Sequence record: OK335775.1
Direction: 5' to 3' (one strand)
From: Escherichia phage PSD2002
DNA length: 64,000 bases
In this document: positions 53,641 to 62,399 of the stretch, piece by piece
Numbering within the stretch: the stretch's first letter is position 1
Layout: every line of letters begins with the position of its first letter
Program-made: the position numbers and the translations under genes
The notes under the pieces: model-generated
The model's database searches: none
Told to the model about the DNA's origin: nothing
What the model saw: the letters and a program-made list of their open reading frames with translations, nothing else

Positions 53641-55428
53641 TTAACCGACCTGTACGTTGCCACCAGATACTTTAGCTAATGAACCGCCATCCATATGCAC
53701 AGTATTTGATGCGTTTAAATTAATGTTCGTCGCTGCAAAATTTAAATCTTGTTCGACATTTACATCCATATTTTGAGCATTGATTGTGGCCTTTTGTTTA
53801 ACGCTTATATCTGCATTCTGGTTGACATTAACTGTTGTATCTTTTTCAACCGTAATATATGCTTCTTGTTCAACAGTTATATCAGCAGTACCCATAATAA
53901 CTATTTTAACATTTCCTTTAACAAGCAGAGTTCCATTACCTTCTACAGTTTTGGTTTCATTCCCTCGAATATGAATGCTTTCAGACCCATCAGTTTGACG
54001 GCGCACGTTTGCCATATTATAATAGGTTTCATCGCCACCAACGTTGACTTTATTATTACCACCAACATAAGTATTTGAATCGCCTTGGGTCATATAATAA
54101 CCATCGGCTACCGTCTTAGAAGTTTTACGTCCATCAGGAGCAACTTCTTCATAACTACCGGTAGGATGGATTAAACGGTATCGTTCTTGCCCTGGGGTAT
54201 TATCGAATTCTTGGATATGCCCGCCTTCAGTTTGCATGGTTTGGACATATGGATATTCGCCTTTATAACTAGAATCAGGTTCTTTAAAAAGAATCCTTGT
54301 GTCTTCTGGAGTCCACGGGTCGGCAGGGTCTGAATTTGTAGGGGCCACAAAGGTTTGAATCATTCTATACGAACGGCCATTAAATGACCTTTCTTTAGGG
54401 GCCATAATACCATATGATTCCATGTTACCTGTGAGGATAATCATTGACACCCTTGATGCGCGACCTTTAGTTTGGTTAAACCATACCGAATTACGGGCTT
54501 CTTCAAATGCCTTTTTATAATCGCCTATTAACATTGCACTAAGCATTCCACGGAATTTAGCAAGCCCACCTAATCCCATTTGGAAAGCCATGTTTTCAAG
54601 AGCCATTTGTCTCGAACGGTTTTCTTTATTATAAACAGGACCTACAACACTATGCAGGCCTATATCATTTTGGACTTTTTTAAGGTCGTCTTGGAATAAT
54701 TTAGAAACCTCGTCCATTGATATTGCACCAGGGTTACCTTTAACTTCTCGTCCTACCTGATTAGATAATATTTTGTTTATTTGATTCATATCTCTAATAG
54801 GTTGTGGCGTAATAAGGTGACCTATACCTATAGTAGGATAACCTTCGGTATCCCAATATACCTTCAGTCTAAGCCCTTCATCACGATGAAGCATGTTTTC
54901 TATTGTGAAATTAGGATTATCATCAGGCTTGACTTGGCTCAAATCCAAACCGTCTGGGTTAATACCTACATCGGTGTTTGCATCTTGTATTACGTTGGAA
55001 GTGGCATCATATCCAACTTCACCACCTCGGTTTAAAGCCGCGGCATCATTACCTAAATAAAGTGGGTATTGACCTGTCGGGTCGCTAAAACCTTCATTAG
55101 GATTAGCCTTTTGTCTTGAAGCGGAACCGTATGTACCAAGGACCAGTCCGTTTAATTTCCACTTATCAAGAAAATGCCCATAAACCTGTGTACCAGGAAC
55201 CATACCGGTCATGGCGGTTTGAATACCTGAAACAGAGGCTGAAGATGTAGGCATTAATACCGACATCCATGGTAAATCTTCTGTACGAAGGCCTTTTACT
55301 GGACCTTGCACTTTTTCGTATGGATGCATGCCCCATACGCGCACGCGTACTCGGCCTTGTTGGAGTGGGTCCATTCGGTCTTCAACTACGCCGACGAACC
55401 AACTGACATTATCAGACATGTTAATCAT
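53641..55428 (-). CDS. 5: baseplate central spike / cell-puncturing lysozyme gp5
   Basis: 595 aa; N-terminal OB domain (NVSWFVGVVED..DP...GRVRVRV.G.HP) resembling T4 gp5; lysozyme domain (TIENMLHRDEGLRLKVYWDTEGYPTIGIGHL); C-terminal beta-helix repeats. Confidence 0.9.
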   Translation of the reverse strand: MINMSDNVSWFVGVVEDRMDPLQQGRVRVRVWGMHPYEKVQGPVKGLRTEDLPWMSVLMPTSSASVSGIQTAMTGMVPGTQVYGHFLDKWKLNGLVLGTYGSASRQKANPNEGFSDPTGQYPLYLGNDAAALNRGGEVGYDATSNVIQDANTDVGINPDGLDLSQVKPDDNPNFTIENMLHRDEGLRLKVYWDTEGYPTIGIGHLITPQPIRDMNQINKILSNQVGREVKGNPGAISMDEVSKLFQDDLKKVQNDIGLHSVVGPVYNKENRSRQMALENMAFQMGLGGLAKFRGMLSAMLIGDYKKAFEEARNSVWFNQTKGRASRVSMIILTGNMESYGIMAPKERSFNGRSYRMIQTFVAPTNSDPADPWTPEDTRILFKEPDSSYKGEYPYVQTMQTEGGHIQEFDNTPGQERYRLIHPTGSYEEVAPDGRKTSKTVADGYYMTQGDSNTYVGGNNKVNVGGDETYYNMANVRRQTDGSESIHIRGNETKTVEGNGTLLVKGNVKIVIMGTADITVEQEAYITVEKDTTVNVNQNADISVKQKATINAQNMDVNVEQDLNFAATNINLNASNTVHMDGGSLAKVSGGNVQVG

Positions 55429-56030
55429 TAGAGGGCTTTCTCCATTTCTCTAATTAAAGCGGAAACAAAGGACTCGATGTCATTAGGGTCTATAATCTTT
55501 ATTTCGCGCTTATATTCATTTTTACGAATGGCGTCCTCGTAAATATCTACTGCAGCCAAAGGACCTTCATATTGAGGATAACGTTTTTCTGTATCACCTT
55601 TATCGTACCAAGTATAAGGATTTTCCGGAGTATTTACTAGATTCCAGAATTTCTCACCCTTTTCATTGACATGATAAAGGACTTGGTTTCCGCCTGCAGT
55701 AGCATAACGTTGAATAGCTGCTTGATACGCAGATTCTTGGCCTGTAATCCAGCCGTAATAAGGGTCATATACGTTATTACACATCAATAAAACCCAATAT
55801 AATTGCACGTTACCATAAAGTTGATGGGCTAATTCTTCTGGACGAGGGGCCCCACTGATATAATATGTTTTAAGTGTATAATTTTTAGCCACTTTATCAA
55901 AATATTCTTTATAGTTTCTAAATATATCAGTCATCGGTACGCTCAGTACATCGGCATCAGTTAATGAGCCGGAATCTGGCTTGACTGTTTTTGATTCGTA
56001 ATTTATAGGATCGAAAAATGAGAAGAGCAT
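55428..56030 (-). CDS. 53: baseplate wedge gp53
   Basis: 200 aa (T4 gp53 196 aa); synteny; late promoter upstream. Confidence 0.7.
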   Translation of the reverse strand: MLFSFFDPINYESKTVKPDSGSLTDADVLSVPMTDIFRNYKEYFDKVAKNYTLKTYYISGAPRPEELAHQLYGNVQLYWVLLMCNNVYDPYYGWITGQESAYQAAIQRYATAGGNQVLYHVNEKGEKFWNLVNTPENPYTWYDKGDTEKRYPQYEGPLAAVDIYEDAIRKNEYKREIKIIDPNDIESFVSALIREMEKAL

Positions 56031-56075
56031 AGTGCCTCCGAGTATAAATAATATTAATATTTATAAGGAGGCACT
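56031..56075. promoter_or_regulatory. symmetric divergent late promoter region: TATAAATA on each strand flanked by 9-bp inverted repeat AGTGCCTCC/GGAGGCACT
   Basis: TATAAATA at 56043-56050 (+, gp4) and complement of 56058-56065 (gp53); the inverted repeat supplies GGAGG RBS to both genes. Confidence 0.6.
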
Positions 56076-56525
56076 ATGGCCTACTCAGGGAAATTTAAAC
56101 CTACAAACTTACAAAAATATAAAGGTGATTGGAAGAAAATCCAATATCGTTCCTCTTGGGAAGCATGGCTTATGCGTTGGCTTGACAACCATCCTAATGT
56201 CGTCCAGTGGAACTCGGAAGAGGTTGTGATTCCATATTTTAGTAACGCTGATGGAAAGAAACGTCGGTATTTTATGGACTTCTGGGTGAAGTTCGACAAT
56301 GGTCAACAATTCTTTTTCGAAGTCAAACCTTTTAAAGAGACCCATCCTCCAGCGGCGCCTGCTAAAATGACTACAGCTGCTAAAAAGAGATATATCAACG
56401 AACATTATACATGGAGTGTAAATAAAGATAAATGGAAAGCTGCTAAAGCTACAGCAGATAAAATGGGAATTAATTTCAGATTGATTACCGAAAACTCACT
56501 GAAAAAATTAGGATGGAAAGGATGA
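56076..56525 (+). CDS. 4: head completion protein gp4
   Basis: 149 aa; sequence (MAYSGK...[16 protein letters not shown]...GQ.FF.E.KP.KET.PP) resembles T4 gp4. Confidence 0.85.
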   Translation: MAYSGKFKPTNLQKYKGDWKKIQYRSSWEAWLMRWLDNHPNVVQWNSEEVVIPYFSNADGKKRRYFMDFWVKFDNGQQFFFEVKPFKETHPPAAPAKMTTAAKKRYINEHYTWSVNKDKWKAAKATADKMGINFRLITENSLKKLGWKG

Positions 56526-57349
56526 GTATATTTTCTTACATCAACGAGGCTACTGAAACTACAAAAGGTTCCAAGCCTACTCGTTCAGAACAACAATGGA
56601 TAACTTTAGGCGTTGAATATGCCAACGCTAAGGCTAAAGGTGTTTCGGCTAAGAAATTCGCTGAAGATAAAGGCATCAAGTATTCTAGCTTTACATCTGC
56701 GATGTCTCGATACTCGAGTCGAATTAAAACTGCTGTACAGGTTGAAAAACTTCAGAAGAAACCTGGCAATAAATTAACCAAAGCCGAACGTCAATTAATT
56801 TTGGTGAATAGTTTTAGAAAGAGTATTCGCGATAAGATTGCTAACGAAGGCGCTGCCGTAAACAATAAATCAGCTAAATGGTTTACAGAAACATTAAAGA
56901 AAGGAATTCGTGGACACCAGGTATCTAAACCGTCTCCTGGTAAGCTTTATGCTTATATCTATGATGCCAAACATAAGGATACCCTACCATACTGGGACAA
57001 ATATCCTTTAATAATTTATCTTGGGTTAGGTAAGCATAATTTAATGTACGGACTGAACTTACACTATATTCCACCTAAAGCACGTCAGCAATTTCTGGAA
57101 GAATTGCTGAAGCAATACGCGAGTACGCCTACCATTACGAACTCGACTAAATTAAAAATCGATTGGAGTAAGGTAAAAGGATTCGCTGGCGCCGACGTGA
57201 TGATTAAGGCTTATATCCCTGGAAATATTAAGGGACCTTTAGTAGAGATAAAACCGTCTGATTGGGCTAATGTCGTAATGATGCCGCTCCAACAGTTCAT
57301 GTCTAAAGGCAAGCGTTATTCAGCTCAGAAAGTATGGAAGAATTCATAA
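56522..57349 (+). CDS. 2: DNA end protector gp2
   Basis: Track ORF 56513..57349 trimmed to ATG overlapping gp4 TGA (ATGA) with GGAAAGG RBS; 275 aa (T4 gp2 274 aa). Confidence 0.7.
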   Translation: MSIFSYINEATETTKGSKPTRSEQQWITLGVEYANAKAKGVSAKKFAEDKGIKYSSFTSAMSRYSSRIKTAVQVEKLQKKPGNKLTKAERQLILVNSFRKSIRDKIANEGAAVNNKSAKWFTETLKKGIRGHQVSKPSPGKLYAYIYDAKHKDTLPYWDKYPLIIYLGLGKHNLMYGLNLHYIPPKARQQFLEELLKQYASTPTITNSTKLKIDWSKVKGFAGADVMIKAYIPGNIKGPLVEIKPSDWANVVMMPLQQFMSKGKRYSAQKVWKNS

Positions 57350-57431
57350 TCTATTATCCCAGCCAGTTATTGAATGGAACAGACCTAGGACCATTATACA
57401 CTGTCTGGGACTTAAGCAATATAGGAACCCT

Positions 57432-58022
57432 ATGAACGGTTTATTTAACCAAACTAACACTACTAACTTTATCTTAGAGGTTAGTGACGCAGGAATGACG
57501 CAGGCATTCAAATTGAACGTACAAGATGTAACACTACCGGGTATCCATATTCCGGTCTCAGACGTCCCGGGATCGACCCAGGGCATACATCGTGCTAAGC
57601 TGCCAGGTTCTACGGTAGAATTCGATCCATTGATTGTGAACTTTCTTGTAGACCGTGAATTGAAATCATGGCTTGATGTTTATAAGTGGATGTTGTCATT
57701 AAACAACTATGTAACCCATGATTCAGAAGCCTGGCACCCTAAAGGACAACCGGAAGCTATCACCCTCCACATCCTTGATAACAACAAACAAAAAATCGTA
57801 ATGAGCATTCATTACTACGGTGGTTGGCCATCTGACCTCTCGGAAATCCAGTACTCTTATAAAGAGGATTCTGACCCGGCGATAATCGCCACAGCAACAT
57901 TCAACTTCAAATCGTTTGCTGTAGAAATAGATGGTACAATAGTTACAGGTCGTCCACAAATTGATTCGTATGCCGAACAACGAGTGGCTCGTATGTCTAT
58001 GCATCCATCTATGAGAAAATAA
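57432..58022 (+). CDS. 3: tail completion / sheath stabilizer gp3
   Basis: 196 aa; assignment by position between genes 2 and 1 only. Confidence 0.6.
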   Translation: MNGLFNQTNTTNFILEVSDAGMTQAFKLNVQDVTLPGIHIPVSDVPGSTQGIHRAKLPGSTVEFDPLIVNFLVDRELKSWLDVYKWMLSLNNYVTHDSEAWHPKGQPEAITLHILDNNKQKIVMSIHYYGGWPSDLSEIQYSYKEDSDPAIIATATFNFKSFAVEIDGTIVTGRPQIDSYAEQRVARMSMHPSMRK

Positions 58023-58772
58023 TGAAACTAATATCAATTGTAGGAATCAAACGTAGCGGTAAGGATACCGTTGCTAACTATGTAATCGAAAATATGGATT
58101 CGGTAAAATTTCAGCTCGCAGGTCCTATTAAAAAGTATCTGGCTGAAGCCTATGAATACATCTCTGATGACCCTGTATTCGACCGTAGTTACATGCCTAA
58201 ACTAGATTTTAACTGTTTTGAAGGTATCGGTTACGACCGTGAAGAAATCCTTCCTTTAAAACCAGATGATGTGATTGATATCTTTGAACATGCTATTGTC
58301 AAACTGAATAATATCCTTCCTATTCCAGGAATTGATACCGTAACTACGTATCATTATGGTCCTACCATTCAATATCTGTCTGAAGAAACAAAAGACCAAC
58401 TGTTTGAAGTAATAAATAAAAATAACAATTGGTCAGTACGTCGTCTCATGCAGACCCTTGGGACTGATATTATTGTTAACCAATTTGATAAGATGTATTG
58501 GGTTAAGTTGTTCGCTTTAGACTATTTTGATAAAATATACTCTGATGCGAAATACTATGTCGTACCTGATGTTCGTCAAACACACGAAATTGATTCGCTC
58601 AGAGCGATGGGTGCTACGATTATTCATGTAGTTCGCGCTGAAACCGGTCAAGTACAAGACTCGCACATCACTGAAGCGGGTCTACCAATTTTACCCGGTG
58701 ACGTTGTTATTGAAAATAACGGCACTCTTTCTGAACTATACACCACTATTGATAAATTATTAGGAAATAAAA

Positions 58773-58780
<8 letters not shown>
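58022..58780 (+). CDS. 1: deoxynucleoside monophosphate kinase gp1
   Basis: 252 aa; P-loop GIKRSGKDT near N-terminus; synteny. Confidence 0.8.
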
Positions 58781-59473
<693 letters not shown>

Positions 59474-59480
59474 GAACAAA

Positions 59481-59810
59481 ATGAAAACATATAACGAATT
59501 TGTACAAACTGAAGCAATTAATGAAGTAGCCATCCCTAAACCGGCTAAAGCTGACGGTACTGAGTACTACCATATTGAAACATCTTTTGATGCAGCTTCA
59601 GATATGGCTAACGGGCTTGGTGATTTCATCCGTCAAGCTAAGTCCGACCTGGCTAAATTTACAAAGACCCTTGATAAAGAGCAAAAGAAACCTTTCTCGG
59701 ATCTGGCTAAAAAACTGGACGCGTTAAATGACAAGGTCTTTAAAGAAGTTTACCACGGTATGATTGGTCTTACCCGTGAATTCAATGCTGAAGTTAAAAA
59801 ACTTCCCTAA
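59481..59810 (+). CDS. internal-protein-like gene 1 with capsid-targeting N-terminus (MKTYNEFVQTE...)
   Basis: N-terminus matches the T4 internal-protein capsid-targeting consensus MKTYQEFIAE; gp21-type (L/I)-x-E sites; position adjacent to 57B as T4 ipI. Confidence 0.7.
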   Translation: MKTYNEFVQTEAINEVAIPKPAKADGTEYYHIETSFDAASDMANGLGDFIRQAKSDLAKFTKTLDKEQKKPFSDLAKKLDALNDKVFKEVYHGMIGLTREFNAEVKKLP

Positions 59811-59820
59811 GTACAGATAA

Positions 59821-59841
59821 GGAGCCACAAAGCTCCTTTTT
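59821..59841 (+). terminator. stem-loop GGAGC-CACAAA-GCTCC + T5
   Basis: 5-bp GC-rich stem followed by TTTTT. Confidence 0.5.
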
Positions 59842-59858
59842 GTATCTAAACAAAAGGT

Positions 59859-59889
59859 GTTTACTTTCCTGGATAGCCGTGATACTATA
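59859..59889 (+). promoter_or_regulatory. early promoter cassette (GTTTAC ... TGATACTATAGCCCTATCAAAACAA)
   Basis: 32-nt core identical to the copy at 60443-60472. Confidence 0.55.
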
Positions 59890-59925
59890 GCCCTATCAAA
59901 ACAAACTAACCAAACGGAAATCAAA

Positions 59926-60150
59926 ATGAAAACTTATCAAGAATTTATTACCGAAGCTAAAAGACATGAAGATGAACTGCCAATTGTTACAAAAACCTTT
60001 GATGGCACACTGGCTGATTTTAAAAAAGTCCCTAGTGATAAGCTTGCTAAATTGACTGGCTCTATCAATGAAAAAGGTGGCAAGGTCACATTTTCTGCTC
60101 AAGGCACTGCCAATCTTAAAAAACTTTTGAAAGCCGCAGGCGTAGAATAA
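59926..60150 (+). CDS. internal-protein-like gene 2 (MKTYQEFITEAK...)
   Basis: Track ORF 59857..60150 begins at GTG inside the promoter; ATG at 59926 gives the MKTYQEF capsid-targeting N-terminus. Confidence 0.65.
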   Translation: MKTYQEFITEAKRHEDELPIVTKTFDGTLADFKKVPSDKLAKLTGSINEKGGKVTFSAQGTANLKKLLKAAGVE

Positions 60151-60151
60151 A

Positions 60152-60424
60152 ATGAAATCATACCAAGAATTTATCGCTGAATCTATTCTTAATGAAGAAG
60201 TAAAAATTAACAAATCTGTTAAGACCATGATTGATAATATAAATCATCTCTATAACATCGATTTGACTAATCACGTAACTTTAGGCAATAAGCGAAACTT
60301 TTTTGTATTTGATACTTCAGAACTTGACCAGAATCAAATTAACAATATTGAACGTTTTGCTAATGAAAAAGGGCTGCGCCACGAGACAGCCGGTTATAAA
60401 AAGTATGCAATTTATTTAAAATAA
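60152..60424 (+). CDS. internal-protein-like gene 3 (MKSYQEFIAESILNEE...)
   Basis: Capsid-targeting-like N-terminus with I-A-E and L-N-E gp21-type sites. Confidence 0.65.
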   Translation: MKSYQEFIAESILNEEVKINKSVKTMIDNINHLYNIDLTNHVTLGNKRNFFVFDTSELDQNQINNIERFANEKGLRHETAGYKKYAIYLK

Positions 60425-60426
60425 TT

Positions 60427-60457
60427 GTTTACAACGGGCTTTAGCCGTGATACTATA
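60427..60457 (+). promoter_or_regulatory. early promoter cassette (GTTTACA ... TGATACTATAGCCCTATCAAAACAA)
   Basis: Duplicate of the cassette at 59859-59903. Confidence 0.55.
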
Positions 60458-60492
60458 GCCCTATCAAAACAAATGAGTGAATGGAGAATAAA

Positions 60493-60678
60493 ATGAAACG
60501 TTGTGAATTAATTAGAAATGTTACTGCACTGGCCGCTGTTACTGCTTTTGGCTTTAGTATGTTTGCAGGATTCATGCTCGATATGCTTTCAACTTCCGAG
60601 AATATAATCTCTTTAGTAGTGGCATTTTTAATTGGTTCAATTTCTTTTGTTATGGATAAAATCTCTAAAGGTGAGTAA
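60493..60678 (+). CDS. small predicted membrane protein (two hydrophobic helices)
   Basis: Track ORF 60481..60678; ATG at 60493 follows GGAG; hydrophobic segments LAAVTAFGFSMFAGFML and [16 protein letters not shown]. Confidence 0.5.
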   Translation: MKRCELIRNVTALAAVTAFGFSMFAGFMLDMLSTSENIISLVVAFLIGSISFVMDKISKGE

Positions 60679-60679
60679 A

Positions 60680-61060
60680 ATGTATAAAGTGTATGCAGAT
60701 TATCAGGCAAATCCATCTGAAAAACCAGATTGTCAAATTGGGTGGGCACACGACACCCTGCTTAAGGCGGTAGATAAAGCCCAGGAATTAGGGTATAGTT
60801 ATGTGGATATTGTTCAACCCAATGGGACCGTTATTACACTTGAAGAATTCAAGAATATCAAAACAAACTTTTTGCTCTTTGCGGGTGATAACTATTACCC
60901 TCGTGGCGGTTATGCCGACTTAATCGCAAAGGCCGCTACTGAAGATGAACTGCGCGATATCATTAAAGAAAATGAGAATAACCCTCTTTACGGTTCTAAT
61001 CGTTTTGACTGGTGGCAGATTGTTAATGCCAATACCCATACTATTGTAGACGAGGGTTAA
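60680..61060 (+). CDS. hypothetical protein (126 aa)
   Basis: Track ORF 60632..61060 begins at TTG overlapping the previous gene; ATG at 60680 with AAAGGTGAG RBS. Confidence 0.5.
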   Translation: MYKVYADYQANPSEKPDCQIGWAHDTLLKAVDKAQELGYSYVDIVQPNGTVITLEEFKNIKTNFLLFAGDNYYPRGGYADLIAKAATEDELRDIIKENENNPLYGSNRFDWWQIVNANTHTIVDEG

Positions 61061-61351
61061 ATGTTATACGTTAAGGTTACTAATCCAGAGAATGGATATA
61101 ATTCAGACCAGGTTGCAGCAGAGCTACTGATTCGCAACTTTGGCAAAGGTGCTGTGCTTGATGTCCAACAGGTTAATATTGGTCGTAGTTCAAGCGACGT
61201 TAAACTAAAAGTTAACGGTCGCCGTTATAATTCTGTTAACTTTACTTTCTACACCGCAACTGAAAACGGGTTGGTCGAATACGACATCTTTAAAAATCCT
61301 TTGAAGATTGCTTCTATTAAACTTGATTACATTAATATGTGGCCACAATGA
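61061..61351 (+). CDS. hypothetical protein (96 aa)
   Basis: Track ORF, ATG start immediately after previous stop. Confidence 0.5.
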   Translation: MLYVKVTNPENGYNSDQVAAELLIRNFGKGAVLDVQQVNIGRSSSDVKLKVNGRRYNSVNFTFYTATENGLVEYDIFKNPLKIASIKLDYINMWPQ

Positions 61352-61525
61352 ACCAAATTTGACCAGACTATTCCTAAAAATAGTAATATGCTTTAAGAGT
61401 AATGTGTTATTATTACTCTATCATTAATACCCTCTATTACCAAAGGTTCTTCCCTCAAAGAACCTTTCATAATAGACAAGGTCTATTAATCAAACTTACT
61501 TTACTTAATTTTATTTGAGGTGTTT

Positions 61526-61792
61526 ATGTTAGTATTAAAATTAGCTTTTTATGACCCGGCAACCAAGACAACAACAACCAAACGTTGTTCTATTTCATAT
61601 GAATGTCAATTTGGTGAAGTTGAGACCGACGGCGGGCCCTTTATGGCAATTGCCGATAGCACATTCGCTAAACCAAAAATAATTCCACTAGTTAACGCTG
61701 CGGCTTATCTGGTTGCTCCTGAAGAAATGACTTATCACACAATTCAGCACATGGCTAAAGATGATAATGCTCCTGCTGGATTTGTAGTTTAA
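61526..61792 (+). CDS. hypothetical protein (88 aa)
   Basis: Track ORF 61520..61792 begins at GTG; ATG at 61526 follows GAGG. Confidence 0.5.
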   Translation: MLVLKLAFYDPATKTTTTKRCSISYECQFGEVETDGGPFMAIADSTFAKPKIIPLVNAAAYLVAPEEMTYHTIQHMAKDDNAPAGFVV

Positions 61793-61797
61793 ATTAA

Positions 61798-61874
61798 GGC
61801 CCTGTAGCTCAATGGTTAGCAGCAGTCCCCTCATAAGGGAAAGGTTACCAGTTCAAATCTGGTCCGGGTCACCA
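61798..61874 (+). tRNA. tRNA with CAU anticodon (Ile2 or Met), non-canonical D-stem
   Basis: Hand fold: acceptor GGCCCTG/CCGGGTC (one mismatch, one G-U), anticodon loop CTCATAA, T-arm ACCAG-TTCAAAT-CTGGT, encoded CCA. Confidence 0.6.
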
Positions 61875-61879
61875 ACTAT

Positions 61880-61954
61880 GTCCCGCTGGTGTAATGGATA
61901 GCATACGATCCTTCTAAGTTTGCGGTCCTGGTTCGATCCCAGGGCGGGATACCA
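61880..61954 (+). tRNA. tRNA-Arg (anticodon UCU)
   Basis: Hand fold: acceptor GTCCCGC/GCGGGAT, D-loop AATGGATA, anticodon loop CTTCTAA, T-arm CCTGG-TTCGATC-CCAGG, encoded CCA; T4 also encodes a tRNA-Arg(UCU). Confidence 0.75.
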
Positions 61955-62335
61955 AATGAAGACTATTATATAGTCAAGCCGTCGTATGAAGACTGATTAC
62001 CAGCATTCACCGGCGCAACAAACAAGAAACCGGGTCGCTACCGGTAAGTCGTCGGACTGATGTTCCCTGAGTAAGGACTGGCATTAACAAATCTTTACGA
62101 TCTGTTAACGTTCCCTTACATCACAGCAGAAACGGCGCACCGAATTATCGATTCGAGGAAATATCTTTGCCGTAAGCCGAGTAGCGTTTTTGACGGAACG
62201 TTCGGATATGGTCGAGATATGGCCTTTTAAAAATATTGAGTGGCGTCAACTACTTAATAACCGGGTTCGAATCCCGGCGTTTCGTACAAACACTTGCCTA
62301 GCAGGTGGAACCCCGACAAGGTTACCCTAGGTTAA
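61955..62335 (+). ncRNA. candidate stable small RNA(s) with tRNA-like T-arm (position of T4 rnaC/rnaD); boundaries uncertain
   Basis: About 380 nt with no ORF over 24 codons, immediately after tRNA-Arg and ending at a terminator; contains CCGGG-TTCGAAT-CCCGG at 62261-62277 and a possible 7-bp acceptor pairing 62194-62200 with 62278-62284. Confidence 0.3.
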
Positions 62336-62336
62336 A

Positions 62337-62364
62337 GGCCCTTCCGAAAGGTTGGGCTTTTTTT
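62337..62364 (+). terminator. terminator GGCCCTTCCGAAAGGTTGGGC + T7 (variant of the repeated element)
   Basis: GC stem plus T-run; copy of the motif at 16963 and 62980. Confidence 0.55.
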
Positions 62365-62365
62365 G

Positions 62366-62373
62366 TATAAATA
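62366..62373 (+). promoter_or_regulatory. late promoter TATAAATA upstream of internal-protein-like gene 4
   Basis: Exact TATAAATA 26 nt before the ATG at 62400. Confidence 0.5.
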
Positions 62374-62399
62374 TGTAGTAAACTAACTTAGGAAATAAT

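Noticed and set aside
61956-62060. Two micro-ORFs beginning MKT (ATGAAGACT duplicated) in the post-tRNA region
   Set aside because: Only 5 and 24 codons with no RBS; the resemblance to the MKTY capsid-targeting start is probably coincidental, so the region is treated as RNA-coding
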